Source: Eledone cirrhosa
Taxonomy: Eukaryota
Assembly: GCA_964016885.1 (NCBI GenBank)
Contig: OZ024741.1
Span: 172,546,001 to 172,610,000 of the forward strand
DNA: 64,000 nt
Reading direction: 5' to 3'
Below, in pieces: positions 27,601 to 43,665 of the stretch (within the stretch, counting starts at the first letter, position 1; every line of letters starts with the position of its first letter). The notes below the pieces were generated by a model. That model was given only the letters and a program-made list of their open reading frames with translations, had not been told where the DNA came from and did no database searches. A program made the position numbers and the translations under genes.

Positions 27601-29301
27601 AGCCACAATTTCAGAACAATTGTAACTGACTTTGAAAATATTTTTTCTTATTAAAGAATGTGTAAGTAATGTGCTTTTATTAAGAACATTTGCGTATAGA
27701 ATGAAAGAAGCATGCGAATATATTAGACAATACTTTTAAACTAAAGATGGAATCGAAACAAAAAGTCTTTTTAATTTTTAATTTTCTGGCTTTATTTAAT
27801 GTTATGATGCCAGATGTATGATATATTCTATTTTATATGAATCTACTATCATTTCACACATAATTTTAATGGCGATAATGATTATAATAAATATCGGTTG
27901 AAGGAAATCTCCAGTCAACTTCAGTGAGATTCGAATTCAGAACTTAATTACATGCAATTAAATACTATTATACCTAAACAGATGTAATTCTAAAAATAAC
28001 CCCCATCCTACATAATCCCATTACTTTCACGTACTGACACATTCATTGATAACCATGAATGTTCGCTTGCCTTTGTTTAGAAAGGTTTACAATAGTTCCA
28101 TTAGTTGGAATGGCAAATATTTCCAGCATAAACACAAGGTCTCTAACTGTGGAAGAAGGTATTTAATCAACACCGGAACGTGGCTTGTACATATTTTAAT
28201 GGCCTTCATCGGATTAAACACAATGTTCTCTCTCTTAGAAGAATAAGAAGGCAAATTTCCAAGCATTTTCGTTTTTTCATCCTCCACTTTTTCTTTTCAA
28301 TTAAAATCTTTTTTTTTTTTTAATATGTTAATAGTTATCTGTTATAATGATTTAAGATAGAAAAATATATGAAGTGATTGTTTGGATAACTTAATTGATT
28401 CAACGTTGGATAGCAGATAATTCGATTTCGGATATATTTGAACCCAGAACATAAAATGTTTCAACTAAATACTGTTCAGTGTAAACATATATCCCCAAAT
28501 AATCCTCACAGCTATAGACAAACACTATAACCTCCTCATCATCCATGTTCTCACACATATCTACGTACAACAGAGAATGTCCAATTACTAAAAGTTTCAC
28601 TTATTATCTAAAAGAAATTTAGAAAATGTCAAATAAAATATAAAAATATTAAGTGTTAATTTGACATAAAATTTTCTCAGTGCAGTTCGAATGTAATTTA
28701 GAAATAATTAATTAACATGTTGTTGTATTGATTTTTTGTCAAAATCAATTTAGAATAAGTCTAATTTAAAATTTTCATTCTTATTTATTTATTTATTTTA
28801 TTTTATTTTATTTTATTTTATTTATATTATTCTTTCTTTTTTTTTGTAAAATTAGATTTACATTACGAAATTATATTTGGGAAAGTAGATGAATAAGCAT
28901 TCTTAATGAAAAAATATATCTTTTTTTATTGTTTTTATTGTTTCTTCATTTATGTACTAATGAAAGAAAGAAAAAAGGCACAAAAAGCGTTTGACAATAA
29001 ATGAATAAATAGATAGATAAATATATATTATGATCAATTGATAACTATGAAAAAAAATAAATTTACATTACGAAAAATAATTAGATACAATTAATGGCTA
29101 TAATGATTGGTACATGAAGGAAATAGTTCAATTTCACAGCTGTTGATGGATTGTTGCTGATAAGTATACATTATCTTGGCGTGTGAATGTATGTGAAATG
29201 GGTGTTTATGCGTTGCATTGCGTGCGTATGTATGTGAAATGGGTGTTTATGCGTTGCATTGCGTGCGTATGTATGTGCAAATAGATGTATACATACATAC
29301 G

Positions 29302-29347
<46 letters not shown>

Positions 29348-29494
29348 TATATACATATATATATACATATATATATACATATATATATACATATATATAT
29401 ATACATATATATATGTATATATATATACATATATATATATATACATATATATATACATATACATATATATATATATACATATATATATATATTC

Positions 29495-29581
<87 letters not shown>

Positions 29582-29604
29582 CATATATATATATATATAT
29601 ATAT

Positions 29605-29966
29605 GGTGGCTGCCAACTCGTTTTCGAGTACGGCCAATACTTTATATCCATGTAGGAGAACCCCTACCGATGCGCTGAACGAGTGTGACTTTTTAGTCCA
29701 GCCAGAGACTTGAAAACTCTGGTACAAACACTACACTTGTGACAATTATTGACACATAGTGCTGGGCCCATGGTACCATGTGACGACAAGTGCAGAGAGA
29801 TCTCCAGATATAAAGCAATGCCTGTGCCGTGAAGCTTTTATAGTGAGCAAAGGCACTGAACAAAGCCAGTCCCACTCTCTTAACCAAGATGATATTTACC
29901 AAAAAGAAGAACAAGTCAACATCATTGGATACCATCAGGGTTGCAGGTGTTATATCAGAGTTTTCC

Positions 29967-29968
<2 letters not shown>
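29605..29968 (-). mobile_element. RTE-derived non-autonomous element, 5'-truncated
   Basis: Matches the 3' part of 17076-17696. Confidence 0.8.
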
Positions 29969-29997
<29 letters not shown>

Positions 29998-30059
29998 CAT
30001 ACATACATACATACATACATACATACAAGTGTGTTTGTGCGTGCGTGTGCATATGTATG

Positions 30060-30093
<34 letters not shown>

Positions 30094-30109
30094 TATATGT
30101 ATGTATATA

Positions 30110-30494
30110 TAGATGACCCCTTAGCCTTTGTCAAGGCAGAATTCTAGGAGAAGGAAAACTCTGATATAACACCTGCAACCCTGATCGTATCCAATGATGT
30201 TGACTTGTTCTTCTTTTTGGTAAATATCATCTTGATTAAGAGAGTGGGACTGGCTTTGTGCAGTGCATTTGCTCACTATAAAAGCTTCACGGCACAAGCA
30301 TTGCTTTATGTCTGGAGATCTCTCTGCACTTGTCGTCACATGGTACCATGGGCCCAGCACTGTGTGTCAATAATTGTCACAGGTGTAGTGTTTGTACCAG
30401 AGTTTTCAAGTCGCTGGCTGAACTCCCATCGGTAGGGGTTCTCCTACATGGATATAAAGTAGTGGCCGTACTCGAAAACGAGTTGGCAGCCACC
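30110..30494 (+). mobile_element. RTE-derived non-autonomous element, 5'-truncated, head-to-head with 29605-29968
   Basis: Matches about 17292-17696 with a small deletion. (ATGT)n tail. Confidence 0.8.
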
Positions 30495-30774
30495 ATGTAT
30501 GTATGAATATTATTGGTTACTTATAAGTGTTATTTTTATTGTTGATGTTTAACCTGATGTTAGGCCTCTTCGATCAAATAATTCTATGATCAAAGAACTT
30601 CATGCAGAAAATCATCGTATCCTTTTTCCCAGGGCATAGTGTACACCAACTACATTACCCAATCAGATGAATTTTATTGCTAGTTCTAACACGTCAACTG
30701 ACGATGTAATCGCTCCCACATTAAGTCATGCATATAAGTATACATTCTATATCTCAATGGAGGTTAAGTACTGC

Positions 30775-30813
<39 letters not shown>

Positions 30814-30816
<3 letters not shown>

Positions 30817-31232
30817 GATATTAAATAAATGGAAACTATATTTATAAAACCATATTTATTTCATTATATATATTTCAGGGATATCATATTAACAATATGT
30901 TATGCCTTCTTCAGACAAAATACAATATAGACAGTTTTATAGATAAATAGATTTGACATACCGTTCAACATCGACTTGTATTTGAAAAAGTTGATTTGGC
31001 AGTGAAAAATTGTAAACAGAAAGAAAGAAAGAAAGAAGGAAAGAAAGAAAGAAAACGAAGAAAAGGAAGAAATGCATGCAACAAAATAGAGAGATGGAAA
31101 GATAGATAAAGAGAAGAACTTCATGTAAAGAAACAGAGAGAGATATAGAGAGAGAGGAAATAGATAGAGATAGATATATATAGAGAAAAGTAGGTAGTTG
31201 AACATCCGTTGAATGACGTATCAATGATACAT

Positions 31233-31267
<35 letters not shown>

Positions 31268-32159
31268 GCTCTAGTATTAATGTAAGGGAGATATATGTGG
31301 TTAGGAGAGAAACCAGCCGTTATATAGAGAGAAAAAATGAAAAGTAACCAGACATAGGCGAGGCAGAATTTAAAAACCCTATGTTTCAATGTAGAAATAT
31401 TAGTTCGTATAAAAACCAGGCACTATAATGTAAATACTGATATTTACATTCATGAATACTGATATTTACATTATAGTGCCTGGTTTTTATACGAACTAAT
31501 ATTTCTACATTGAAACATAGGGTTTTTAAATTCTGCCTCGCCTATGTCTGGTTACTTTTCATTTTTTCTCTCTATATAACGGCTGGTTTCTCTCCTAACC
31601 ACATATATCTCCCTTACATTAATACTAGAGCTAAATAAATAAATAAATAAATAAATAAATGTATCATTGATACGTCATTCAACGGATGTTCAACTACCTA
31701 CTTTTCTCTATATATATCTATCTCTATCTATTTCCTCTCTATATATCTCTCTCTGTTTCTTTACATGAAGTTCTTCTCTTTATCTATCTTTCCATCACTC
31801 TATTTTGTTGCATGCATTTCTTCCTTTTCTTCGTTTTCTTTCTTTCTTTCCTTCTTTCTTTCTTTCTTTCTGTTTACAATTTTTCACTGCCAAATCAACT
31901 TTTTCAAATACAAGTCGATGTTGAACGGTATGTCAAATCTATTTATCTATAAAACTGTCTATATTGTATTTTGTCTGAAGAAGGCATAACATATTGTTAA
32001 TATGATATCCCTGAAATATATATAATGAAATAAATATGGTTTTATAAATATAGTTTCCATTTATTTAATATCGTAAATATACTCCAAATACTTGTTGAGT
32101 GCTTTTATATCAGTTATAAATATTTACTAGTTGTAACCCAACAATTTAAATATAACTTT

Positions 32160-32161
<2 letters not shown>
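30814..32161. mobile_element. Near-perfect palindrome (about 620-bp arms) of a PLE-type 3' end with hammerheads at 30857-30922 (minus) and 31967-32032 (plus)
   Basis: 30814-31436 is the reverse complement of 31463-32075. HHR TATTTTGT-CTGAAGA-AGG...CCT-GAAA-TATATA-TA-ATGAAATA. TA on both sides. Confidence 0.85.
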
Positions 32162-32196
<35 letters not shown>

Positions 32197-32269
32197 CGTA
32201 CATATATATATATATATATATACATACGTACATATATATATATGTGTGAATGTATGTATATATATATAT

Positions 32270-32798
32270 ACATACTACTGTACGTCTGTATACATATATG
32301 TATGTACGTGTACATACTTATATTTAAGTAACAGCCGTACTAAGAGTGGGAAGTGAAATTTCGTTTCATTTTTTCCGTTTATCGTTTTCGGTGCACCCGG
32401 CCGATTAACCCACTCGATATGCAAATTGGGCTACTCAGCCGTTAATATGTATAAGGTAAGTATATACGTTCAACAATCTGGCAGGAAGGTATACGTTGCT
32501 GACGATAGCTAATAAGCTTGAAACTAGTACAGCGTTCCTTTGTCAGTGTTGAACAAACGAGCAACGATGGCTGCTAGACACTACGGCTTAATACGGGATG
32601 TTTGTTTACAAACACACCGAGCATTATAATAAATGTTCGGTGAATCCATACGTACATATATATATGTGTGCATGTATGTATATATATATATACATACTAA
32701 TGTACGTCTGTATACATACATGTATGTACGTGTACATACTTATATTTAAGTAACAGCCGTACTAAGAGTGGGAAATGAAATTTCGTTTCATTTTTTCC

Positions 32799-32802
<4 letters not shown>
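32270..32802 (+). mobile_element. Retrozyme-like family E, about 1.25 tandem units (period 422 nt)
   Basis: 32341 repeats at 32763. HHR at 32494-32534 and octamer at 32419-32426. Ends TTTTCCGTTT followed by (AT)n. Confidence 0.85.
32468..32554 (+). ncRNA. Type I hammerhead with extended stem I (family E)
   Basis: GTTCAACA..CTGGCAGGAAGG..CGTTG-CTGACGA-TAGCT aata AGCTT-GAAA-CTAG-TA-CAGCG..CCTTTGTCAG-TGTTGAAC. Predicted cleavage after A32529. Confidence 0.88.
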
Positions 32803-32865
<63 letters not shown>

Positions 32866-32929
32866 AGTATTTAAGTAAGTGCCATACTAACAGTGAGAAA
32901 TGAAATTTCGTTTTCATTTTATTTCAACT

Positions 32930-32963
<34 letters not shown>

Positions 32964-32971
32964 TATATATA

Positions 32972-35529
<2,558 letters not shown>

Positions 35530-35763
35530 TACACATATACATATATACATACATATACATATAGATATATACATATATATATACATATACATATACATAT
35601 ATATATATATACATATATATATGTATATATATATATATATGTATATGTATGTATATATATACATATATTTATATATATATTGTTATACTTATGGAGGGTC
35701 ATATTGTTGTAATAATATTGCCAGAAATAATAACAGAACACATATATATATATACGAATATAT

Positions 35764-36168
35764 ATGTAGGAGGTGAGTTTTATTGTAGTACAATAAAGCA
35801 ATGCAGATATCGGATAAGAAGCACTCTACAGTTTGTAGGACTGGAGTATACATAATATATAAGATCAAAAGATGGTTAAAAGAGTTCCATGTATTTTATT
35901 ATGCGCATTTCAAAAACAAATATCATCATGCAATAACATTTGTGTTTTCATCAGATAAAATAGGAAGACATGATATGAAGGTTAAAAACACTTGTGGATA
36001 GTGCAGTTTTAAATCAACATATGTTGATTTAAAACTGCACTATCCACAAGTGTCTTCCTATTTTATCTGATGAAAACACAAATGTTATTGCATGATGATA
36101 TTTGTTTTTGAAATGCGCATAATAAAATACATGGAACTCTTTTAACCATCTTTTGATCTTATATATTA
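35764..36168. mobile_element. Solo inverted pair of Hydra-like pLTRs with HHRs at 35894-35960 (minus) and 36061-36127 (plus)
   Basis: Matches 17758-17975 and 5140-5275; fold-back centred near 36020. Confidence 0.85.
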
Positions 36169-36169
36169 C

Positions 36170-36339
<170 letters not shown>

Positions 36340-36356
36340 TCGTATATATATATATA

Positions 36357-37063
36357 TAAGTATGTATGTATGTATACGTACATACATATATGTATACAGA
36401 CGTACAGTAGTATGTATATAAATACATACATGCACACATATATATATGTACGTATCGTTTTACCGAACATTTATTATAATGCTCGGTTTGTTTGTTTGTA
36501 AACAAACAAACAACCCGAATTACGCCGTACAGCGTTTAGGCAACCACGTCACCTTTTTTTTTAACACTGACACAGGAACGATGTACTAGTTTCAAGCTTA
36601 TTAACTATCGTCAGCATCGTATACCTTCCTGCCAGATGGTTGAACGCCTGAAAGTATATCCTTTCCTTATGCATATTAACGGCTGAGCAGCCTAATTTGC
36701 ATATCGAGTGAATTCAGTCGGCCGGGCACACCGAAAACGATAAATGGAATAGAATGAAACGAAATTTCATTTCTCACTCTTAGTACGGCACTTACTTAAA
36801 TGTAAGTATGTATGTATGTATACGTACATACATATATGTATAAAGACGTACAGTAGTATGTATATATATACATACATGCACACATATATATATGCACGTA
36901 TCGGTTTACCGAACATTTATTATAATGCTCGGATGTTTGTTTGTAAACAAACAAACAGCCCGAATTACGCCGTACAGCGTTTAGGCAACCACGTCACCTT
37001 TTTTTTAAAGTAAGTGCCGTTCTAAGAGTGATAAATAAAATTTCGTTTCATTCTATTCCATTT
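36357..37063 (-). mobile_element. Retrozyme-like family E variant, about 1.45 units (period 446 nt) plus an inverted terminal piece at 37008-37063
   Basis: 36399 repeats at 36845. HHR at 36579-36619 has stem I CGATG/CATCG. Octamer at 36695-36702. Confidence 0.85.
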
Positions 37064-37102
37064 ATATATATATATATTTATATAAATACGAATATATATA
37101 TA

Positions 37103-37362
37103 TAAACGAAAGGACTTTGTTAGACTATAAATATGTGTTTGTGTCTATATCTGTAATTTTGACCGTGGGTCAGTCAATGATAACATTGAGGACCGAATAA
37201 ATTATATTAACCGATATAAAAGACACAGAAGCGAAAACCAACCAAACAGTGAGTGTGTTCTGTTATTAATTCTGGCAATATATATATACACAAATATGAC
37301 CCTCCCCAAGTATAACAATATTTGTTTCGACACACGATTTCATATCAAAAACCTCGCAAAAC
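37103..37362 (+). mobile_element. Nematis-like PLE 3' terminal fragment
   Basis: Matches 46979-47246. Confidence 0.85.
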
Positions 37363-37370
37363 TATATATA

Positions 37371-37402
<32 letters not shown>

Positions 37403-37945
37403 CATACATATACATATATATATATACATATATAATATATATACATACATATAAATATACATATATGCGGTTCGCACCCACATCCCTGCTGACCATTATC
37501 ACAACAACGAACCTTTTTACTACTACTACACACACACATATTTGTTTTAAAAAGACTTATTTTTCAGTGACTTCTCAATCAGCCGACACAAACCTACATT
37601 TGGCGCAAAATCAATTTTTAACATTCACATGACTTCTACCGACCAATCAAAATTGTTTTGACCACAAGAATTTTTGCAACACGAATTGGCGCAAAACTTA
37701 TTTTAATACCGCTGGAGCCACTTTTTAACATAAAAACAGGTAGAATTTCCAAAACTAATCAGATTAGAGCAAACATCACGGACGCTCTATCTCAAAATTA
37801 TTTTTGAAAAGCATTAGAAATGCGCAACCGGTAAAACTTAAAACCAAAAACTGAATACTAACCAATACTATTACTAATTCTCACTTATTCCTAATTAAAC
37901 TATTTTTCACTGTGAACAATTTGTCAGCATTTTCTTTTCCGTTTA

Positions 37946-37982
<37 letters not shown>

Positions 37983-37987
<5 letters not shown>

Positions 37988-39489
37988 CACTATAGACGAG
38001 AGAGCCCAAATTCTCCACTCACACTATGCTAAACCCATGGCCTTCAAATACCTGATACTCAAAAACTCACCAATGTCCAGTAGTGCTAAGTTTAATATTC
38101 TGATCGCAGACTTGGTACGAATGATGAAGAACGTGTCCTGCATATGCGACCCAACAGAAATGGAAAGACACATCCAACACTTCATCAACCGCATGCAGTT
38201 CTCTGGCTACAACCAAAGAGTCAGAATCAGAGTATACGAAGGAGCCACGGAGAAGTATAAGACACTCATAGAACTGGACATGAAAGGAATTTGCCCATTA
38301 TACAGGAGCAAATCCTGGAATAGCTTAGATAGGACTAGACATAAGATAGGTAAAGCCACCTCATGGTACGACAACCAGAGATACTAGAGTGTCATGTTTG
38401 TGGACGCTACCTCTGGAGGGAAATTAGCTAATCAATGTAGAAAGGCCCTGGGAAAGACCCACTTAAAGATTAAGGTGGTAGAAAAGCCAGGAACCACCAT
38501 AAAATCCCTGATCAGCAAAACCTACCCTTTTAAGAAAACCCACTGTATTAATAGGAAATGTATCATATGTAGAGTAAACCCCCGGATAAACTGTAAAACT
38601 AGAAACGTAGTCTATAGCATAAGATGTACAGAGGGTACTTGCAGAAACATGACAGCAACGTACATAGGCGAGACAGCTAGTAGCATAGGTGAATGGATAG
38701 ACCAACACTGGGGGGAACTAAAAGGACGAAAAAACGGGTCAGTACTATACGAACATGCCAGGCAACAACACAACGGTAACATAAACAGCATAGAAGTTAG
38801 AATAATATCTAAACATAGAAATGACCCAGCAGATAGGCAAATCAGAGAGGCTAGTGAAATAGAACTTAGAAGGCCAAAGCTAAATAGAAAAAATGAATGG
38901 AATAACATCAACACCCAAACAAACAGCACTGACCTAAGAGAAGTATAAATAAATAAATAAATAAATAAATAAATACATACACAAGGACAATAACAACAAA
39001 CACATATAAACACACACTAGTAAACTAAGATAGAATATATTTACCAATACACCCAAACAAGAACACACATCAAACAAAACACTATACACACACGCAAACG
39101 CATGCGCAGAGAAAACAAAAAAATAAACAAATAAATAAATAAATAAACAGACTAAATAAAGATGGCGTAAGCATACAATGCAACGGGAGGAAACATAATA
39201 GCACCACTGACGATGTTGCAGATGTGCAACGAAAGAACCTTGATAGATTATATATATGTGTGTTTGTATCTATATTGTATCTGTATTTTTGACCGTTGGT
39301 CAGTCAATGGCAACATTGAGGACCAAATAAATTAGATTAACCGATATAAAAGACACAGAAGCGAAAACCAACCAAACAGTGAGTGTGTTCTGTTATTAAT
39401 TCTGGCAATACTATTACACAAATATGACCCTCCCCAAGTATAACAATATTTGTTTCGACAAACGATTTCATATCAAAAACCTCACAAAA

Positions 39490-39492
<3 letters not shown>
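37983..39492 (+). mobile_element. 5'-truncated Nematis-like PLE (RT thumb, TAG, GIY-YIG, 3' UTR)
   Basis: ORFs 38037..38387 and 38394..38948 are in the same frame, separated by TAG. Motifs VVYSIRC...YIGET, RQIREASEI, LNRKNEWN. TA-flanked. Confidence 0.9.
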
Positions 39493-39575
<83 letters not shown>

Positions 39576-40470
39576 TATATATATACATATATCTATGTGT
39601 AAGAGAGAGAGAGAATATGTATGTGCGTTTGTGTGTGTGTGTGTGCGTGTGTGTGTGTCTGTCTGTGTGCCTGTGAAGTGTGTATGAGTGTGTATATTTA
39701 TATGATATATACCGAATAGTATTACTCGGATCACACTTTCGTTAAGTCATTCCTACGATCGATCGAGCGAACCAGACTGCAATTTGTACTTACTAGAGAC
39801 GGTGTAAGCTCTATAAATCATCGGTTGTAATTTGTCAATTAGCAGTGTGTGGTTTTCTGAAATTCCCGAACGTGTTAGCAATTGCAATTTATTTCGATCT
39901 TAGCGGAACGTGACAGGTTGTAGAAAATTTCTTTGTAAGTCAGCTGTTATAGAAACTCGCTCGTTTCTTAAATGTATATACCTTAACCTAGCCATTAGAT
40001 TCTTGTGGTATCCTCTTTGCCGTCCAATTTCTAAATATTTTTTAGAGTATTGTAATCTCTTCCATGCAGCGATCATGGAATGAGCTGGTTTGCTAGTTCA
40101 GGTCAATCTTGAAAAAAAAAATGCTTTGTCCATTTAGATTTTTATTCTTTTTTGTATTTCTATGGACAATTGTTCTTTGGTTGTAAAGCAATGTAACATG
40201 GCAATTGCATATCGGATCCTACCCTGATTTTGAATACAATGATTCAATTCATATGGACTAGCCTATTCATACTTCAGCATTTCCGGTATAACCTTCAGCA
40301 TTTCCGACAACACACTCTTGATGAATGCAAGAGAAAAACTGCACCTTGCACAGCTAACACCACCTATAGATATTCGATTACTTTCCAAATTGATATATAC
40401 GGTCGACCACGTTTCGGGATATTGTAATCGCTATTTATCTCCTATAAACTAGATATATAAGACACTACAC

Positions 40471-40761
40471 CAGTCATGGCCACCCTGCGGCCCGCGAAGC
40501 TTTCTGAATGGCTCGCCTAAGTCACCTAAATGAAATCTCTCTGATTTTTTACACCAACTTTTCAGTCGTAATTTATCTTTCTATCATTTTTACGATCGAG
40601 GAAAACAACATGTACAAATTCTAAAGAAACAAATCAAAACAACCTGAGTTGCCACCCTTTTTTTATAATGTGGACACGAATGTAAATTAACGCTTGCTGC
40701 CCGTCTGATGATTAGCCATAACTCATGCGGCCCGCTTCTCGATAAAGGTTGCCCATGCCTG
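40471..40761. mobile_element. hAT (Charlie-like) MITE
   Basis: Imperfect TIRs CAGTCATGGCCACCCT / AGGTTGCCCATGCCTG, subterminal TGCGGCCCGC motifs, degenerate 8-bp TSD CACTACAC/CGCCACAC. Confidence 0.7.
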
Positions 40762-41147
40762 CGCCACACACTCCCAACATCAACTGTATTGTAACTTACA
40801 TTCGAGCATAAATTTTATTGAGCATTGTGAATATTTTAATTGTGTTTCTTTCAGCTATCCTCCTCTAATGGTAGAGTTTCTGGCTGATGGTTTGAACAAC
40901 TGGTTGAAGATGACCGAATTATACTCAAGTCTTATATTTTTACCAACTTCGAATGTTTTCTATTTTTTTCAATATGAACTTTCGTTGGAGAGATGTGCAA
41001 TTATTTGTGTGTTTGCATGTGATAAGAATCGGTACGTAATAAATAGTCTTTCATAAATCAACTAACCACCTTTTTTTTCTTTTCGTTTTCCAAATACATT
41101 ATGGTAACGAGAGAGAGATGGGAGAGGAGGGCGTCATGGCAGACAAT

Positions 41148-41218
<71 letters not shown>

Positions 41219-42259
41219 CACAGAGAGAGAGAGAGAGAGAGAGAGAAACGTGACAGAATGAAAGAGCAGAATGCACGTGAGAGAGAGAGAGAGATTTATA
41301 TAGGCAGAGTTATACTACAGATAGAAAGGAAAAGAAACAGAAGGAGATACATTGGTTTTATATCAGACTGTTTCTCGTAACTTAATGAATGGAGAAGACG
41401 ATATATATGACCAATGTGTTAAAAACTCAGGATGTTATTCTATTTGTCTATTACTGATGCTTTATCAATATGTTATTATGAACATTTCCTTTTGATGCCA
41501 GTTATACATTTTAACAAATTTAAGGATAATACTGAGAAAGAAAATAAGGGAAAAGTGGTGGTCTATTGTTGTAAGTGACGCGTAATGACCTCATTAAATA
41601 TAAAAATATTAATGTCTTTATCAATAAATATCTTGCTGTCTCCACCCCACAAAAAAAAAACAGATGGTACGATTTCTGTATAGATATTTTTAATGGCAAA
41701 CTATCAATGCTAAAATACTGAATTTTGAAACAGACACAAGCCTATAACTTTTTTGTTGGAGACATATAATCAATTATAGTGATCCTAGTATTTGACATCT
41801 ACTTGAATTAATCGATTCTCGAAAGAATGGGTGTCAAATTAGACCCTGACAGCTTTTGAACGCTGAGCGTAACATTTTACCCAACGTTTTAACGATTTTG
41901 CCAGTCCCCCTCCATGTTAGTAAATACGATAAAACTGATTTTCAAGTTTGGCACAAGGCCACGATTGTAGAAGGATAGGATAGTCGATTGCAGTAATTCC
42001 AGTGTAGTATTTTATTCTATCCACCACGAAAAGATGAAAAGTATTTTGGCGGCGATATGATTTCAAATTTGAGCATAAATATGTCTTGTCTGCTGAGCGC
42101 AGCCCCAGTACCACCGCCTCATAGGCCTAGAGCCCATCCCTCTCCCTCTCCCCATTCGCATGTGACCCTTCCTTTCCCGTTTTCATAATCACAAAAGACA
42201 CTTGAATTGTTTACACTAACTCTTCTTGTGGATTATATGTGAGGTTCCTAGCAATTATG

Positions 42260-42850
42260 TCCCTTTACGATCTGAGTTCAAATCCCGCCGAGGTTAACTT
42301 TGCCTTTCATCCTTACGGGGTCGATAAAATAAAGTACCAGTAATGCACTGGGTAATTGCTGGCCTTGTGCCTAAAGTCGAAACAATTATATGTGTTTATA
42401 GAGGCGGTGGATTGGCAGTATCGGTAGAGCGTCAGGCACCATGATTTGCAGCATAAAGTTACGTTCTGAATTCAAATCCAGCCGAGGTTATCTTTGCCTT
42501 TCATCCTTACGGGGTCGATAAAATAAAACATCAATAACATACTGAGGTCGATTTAATCGACTTTCCTCTCCCCAAAAATTACTGGCCTTGCACCTATTGC
42601 AGAAAACATTACATGTGTTTATAGGGCGTGAGATTGGCAGTATCGGTAGAGTGTCGGACACTATGTTTCGCGGCGTAGAGTTACGGTTCTTTACGATCTG
42701 AGTTCAAATCCCACCAAGGTTAGCTTTGCTTTTCTTTTCATCCTTACTGGGTTAATAAATAAAGCGCCAGTTATGCACTGGAGTCGATTAGATCAACTTT
42801 TCTCCTCCCCAAAAATTGCTGGCATTTTGTCTATAGTAGAAATCATTATA
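42260..42850 (+). mobile_element. Three tandem SINE family 1 units
   Basis: B-box TTCAAATCC motifs near 42277, 42471 and 42702, each followed by the family body. Confidence 0.85.
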
Positions 42851-43665
42851 TGTGTTTGTATTTCTGTTTATATTTTCATTCTGCAAGAAATGTGAACAAT
42901 TTGTAATATTATTAATAAATCGTTAAAAGCTATAATAAATATTTGGGACTAAATACTTCAGACAACGGTCTAAGGGTTCCATTAATCTACAACTCTCAAC
43001 AATAGTTATTATTGTTTCACACAAATTCAGAAATTTTGGAAGAGTATTTCATTAATTAAACTGACCCCAGTATTTGACTGCTATTTTATTTTATCGAATA
43101 CTGTAACGATAAACAGCAATAGTGACCTCGGCTGAATTTGAAATCGGAACGTAACTAAATACCAAAAGGCAATTTGTTCGGGTTTCTAACGATTTTGCTA
43201 AATCACCGCCCTCTAATACTAACAAAATCATATTGGTTTGTTAAATAATCTCAAGGCTAAAATTACGTGGAGGAAATCAGCAAATTATATAGGATTCGAG
43301 ATTTATTTTTTGTCGGTCTAGTACGATTTGAACAAAGAATATAAAATACATTACTGAAATAAATAAATCGAAACATTTTGTCTGACTCATTATTGATTTT
43401 ACAAATGCTCATCGCTCTAACAATCCCCCAAAATAGCCTGATGACGCTTTAATTATCAATATATATATGTATGTATATATTTATATATATAGTAATAATT
43501 GGTTCTACTTTTGGCACAAGGCCAGCAATTATCGCAATACATTACTGGTACTTTATTTTATCGACTCCGTAAGGATGAAAGGTAAAGTTAATCTCGGCGC
43601 TCTACATGGCTGAATACAATAAATGTAATCTGAGTTTTTCGAATATTAATAATATATATATATAT

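Noticed and set aside
28040-28610. Possible host exons on the minus strand (ORFs 28087..28287 and 28400..28600)
   Set aside because: Acceptor-like sites exist, but I found no consistent open frame with a donor and no recognisable protein.
42260-42850. CRISPR-like array or tRNA cluster
   Set aside because: Tandem SINE units of about 200 bp, with no cloverleaf, unique spacers or cas genes.
43436-43460. Isolated CTGATGA (also CTGAAGA at about 56220 and CTGATGA at about 40705 and 53132)
   Set aside because: No matching stem II-GAAA-stem III-stem I arrangement.
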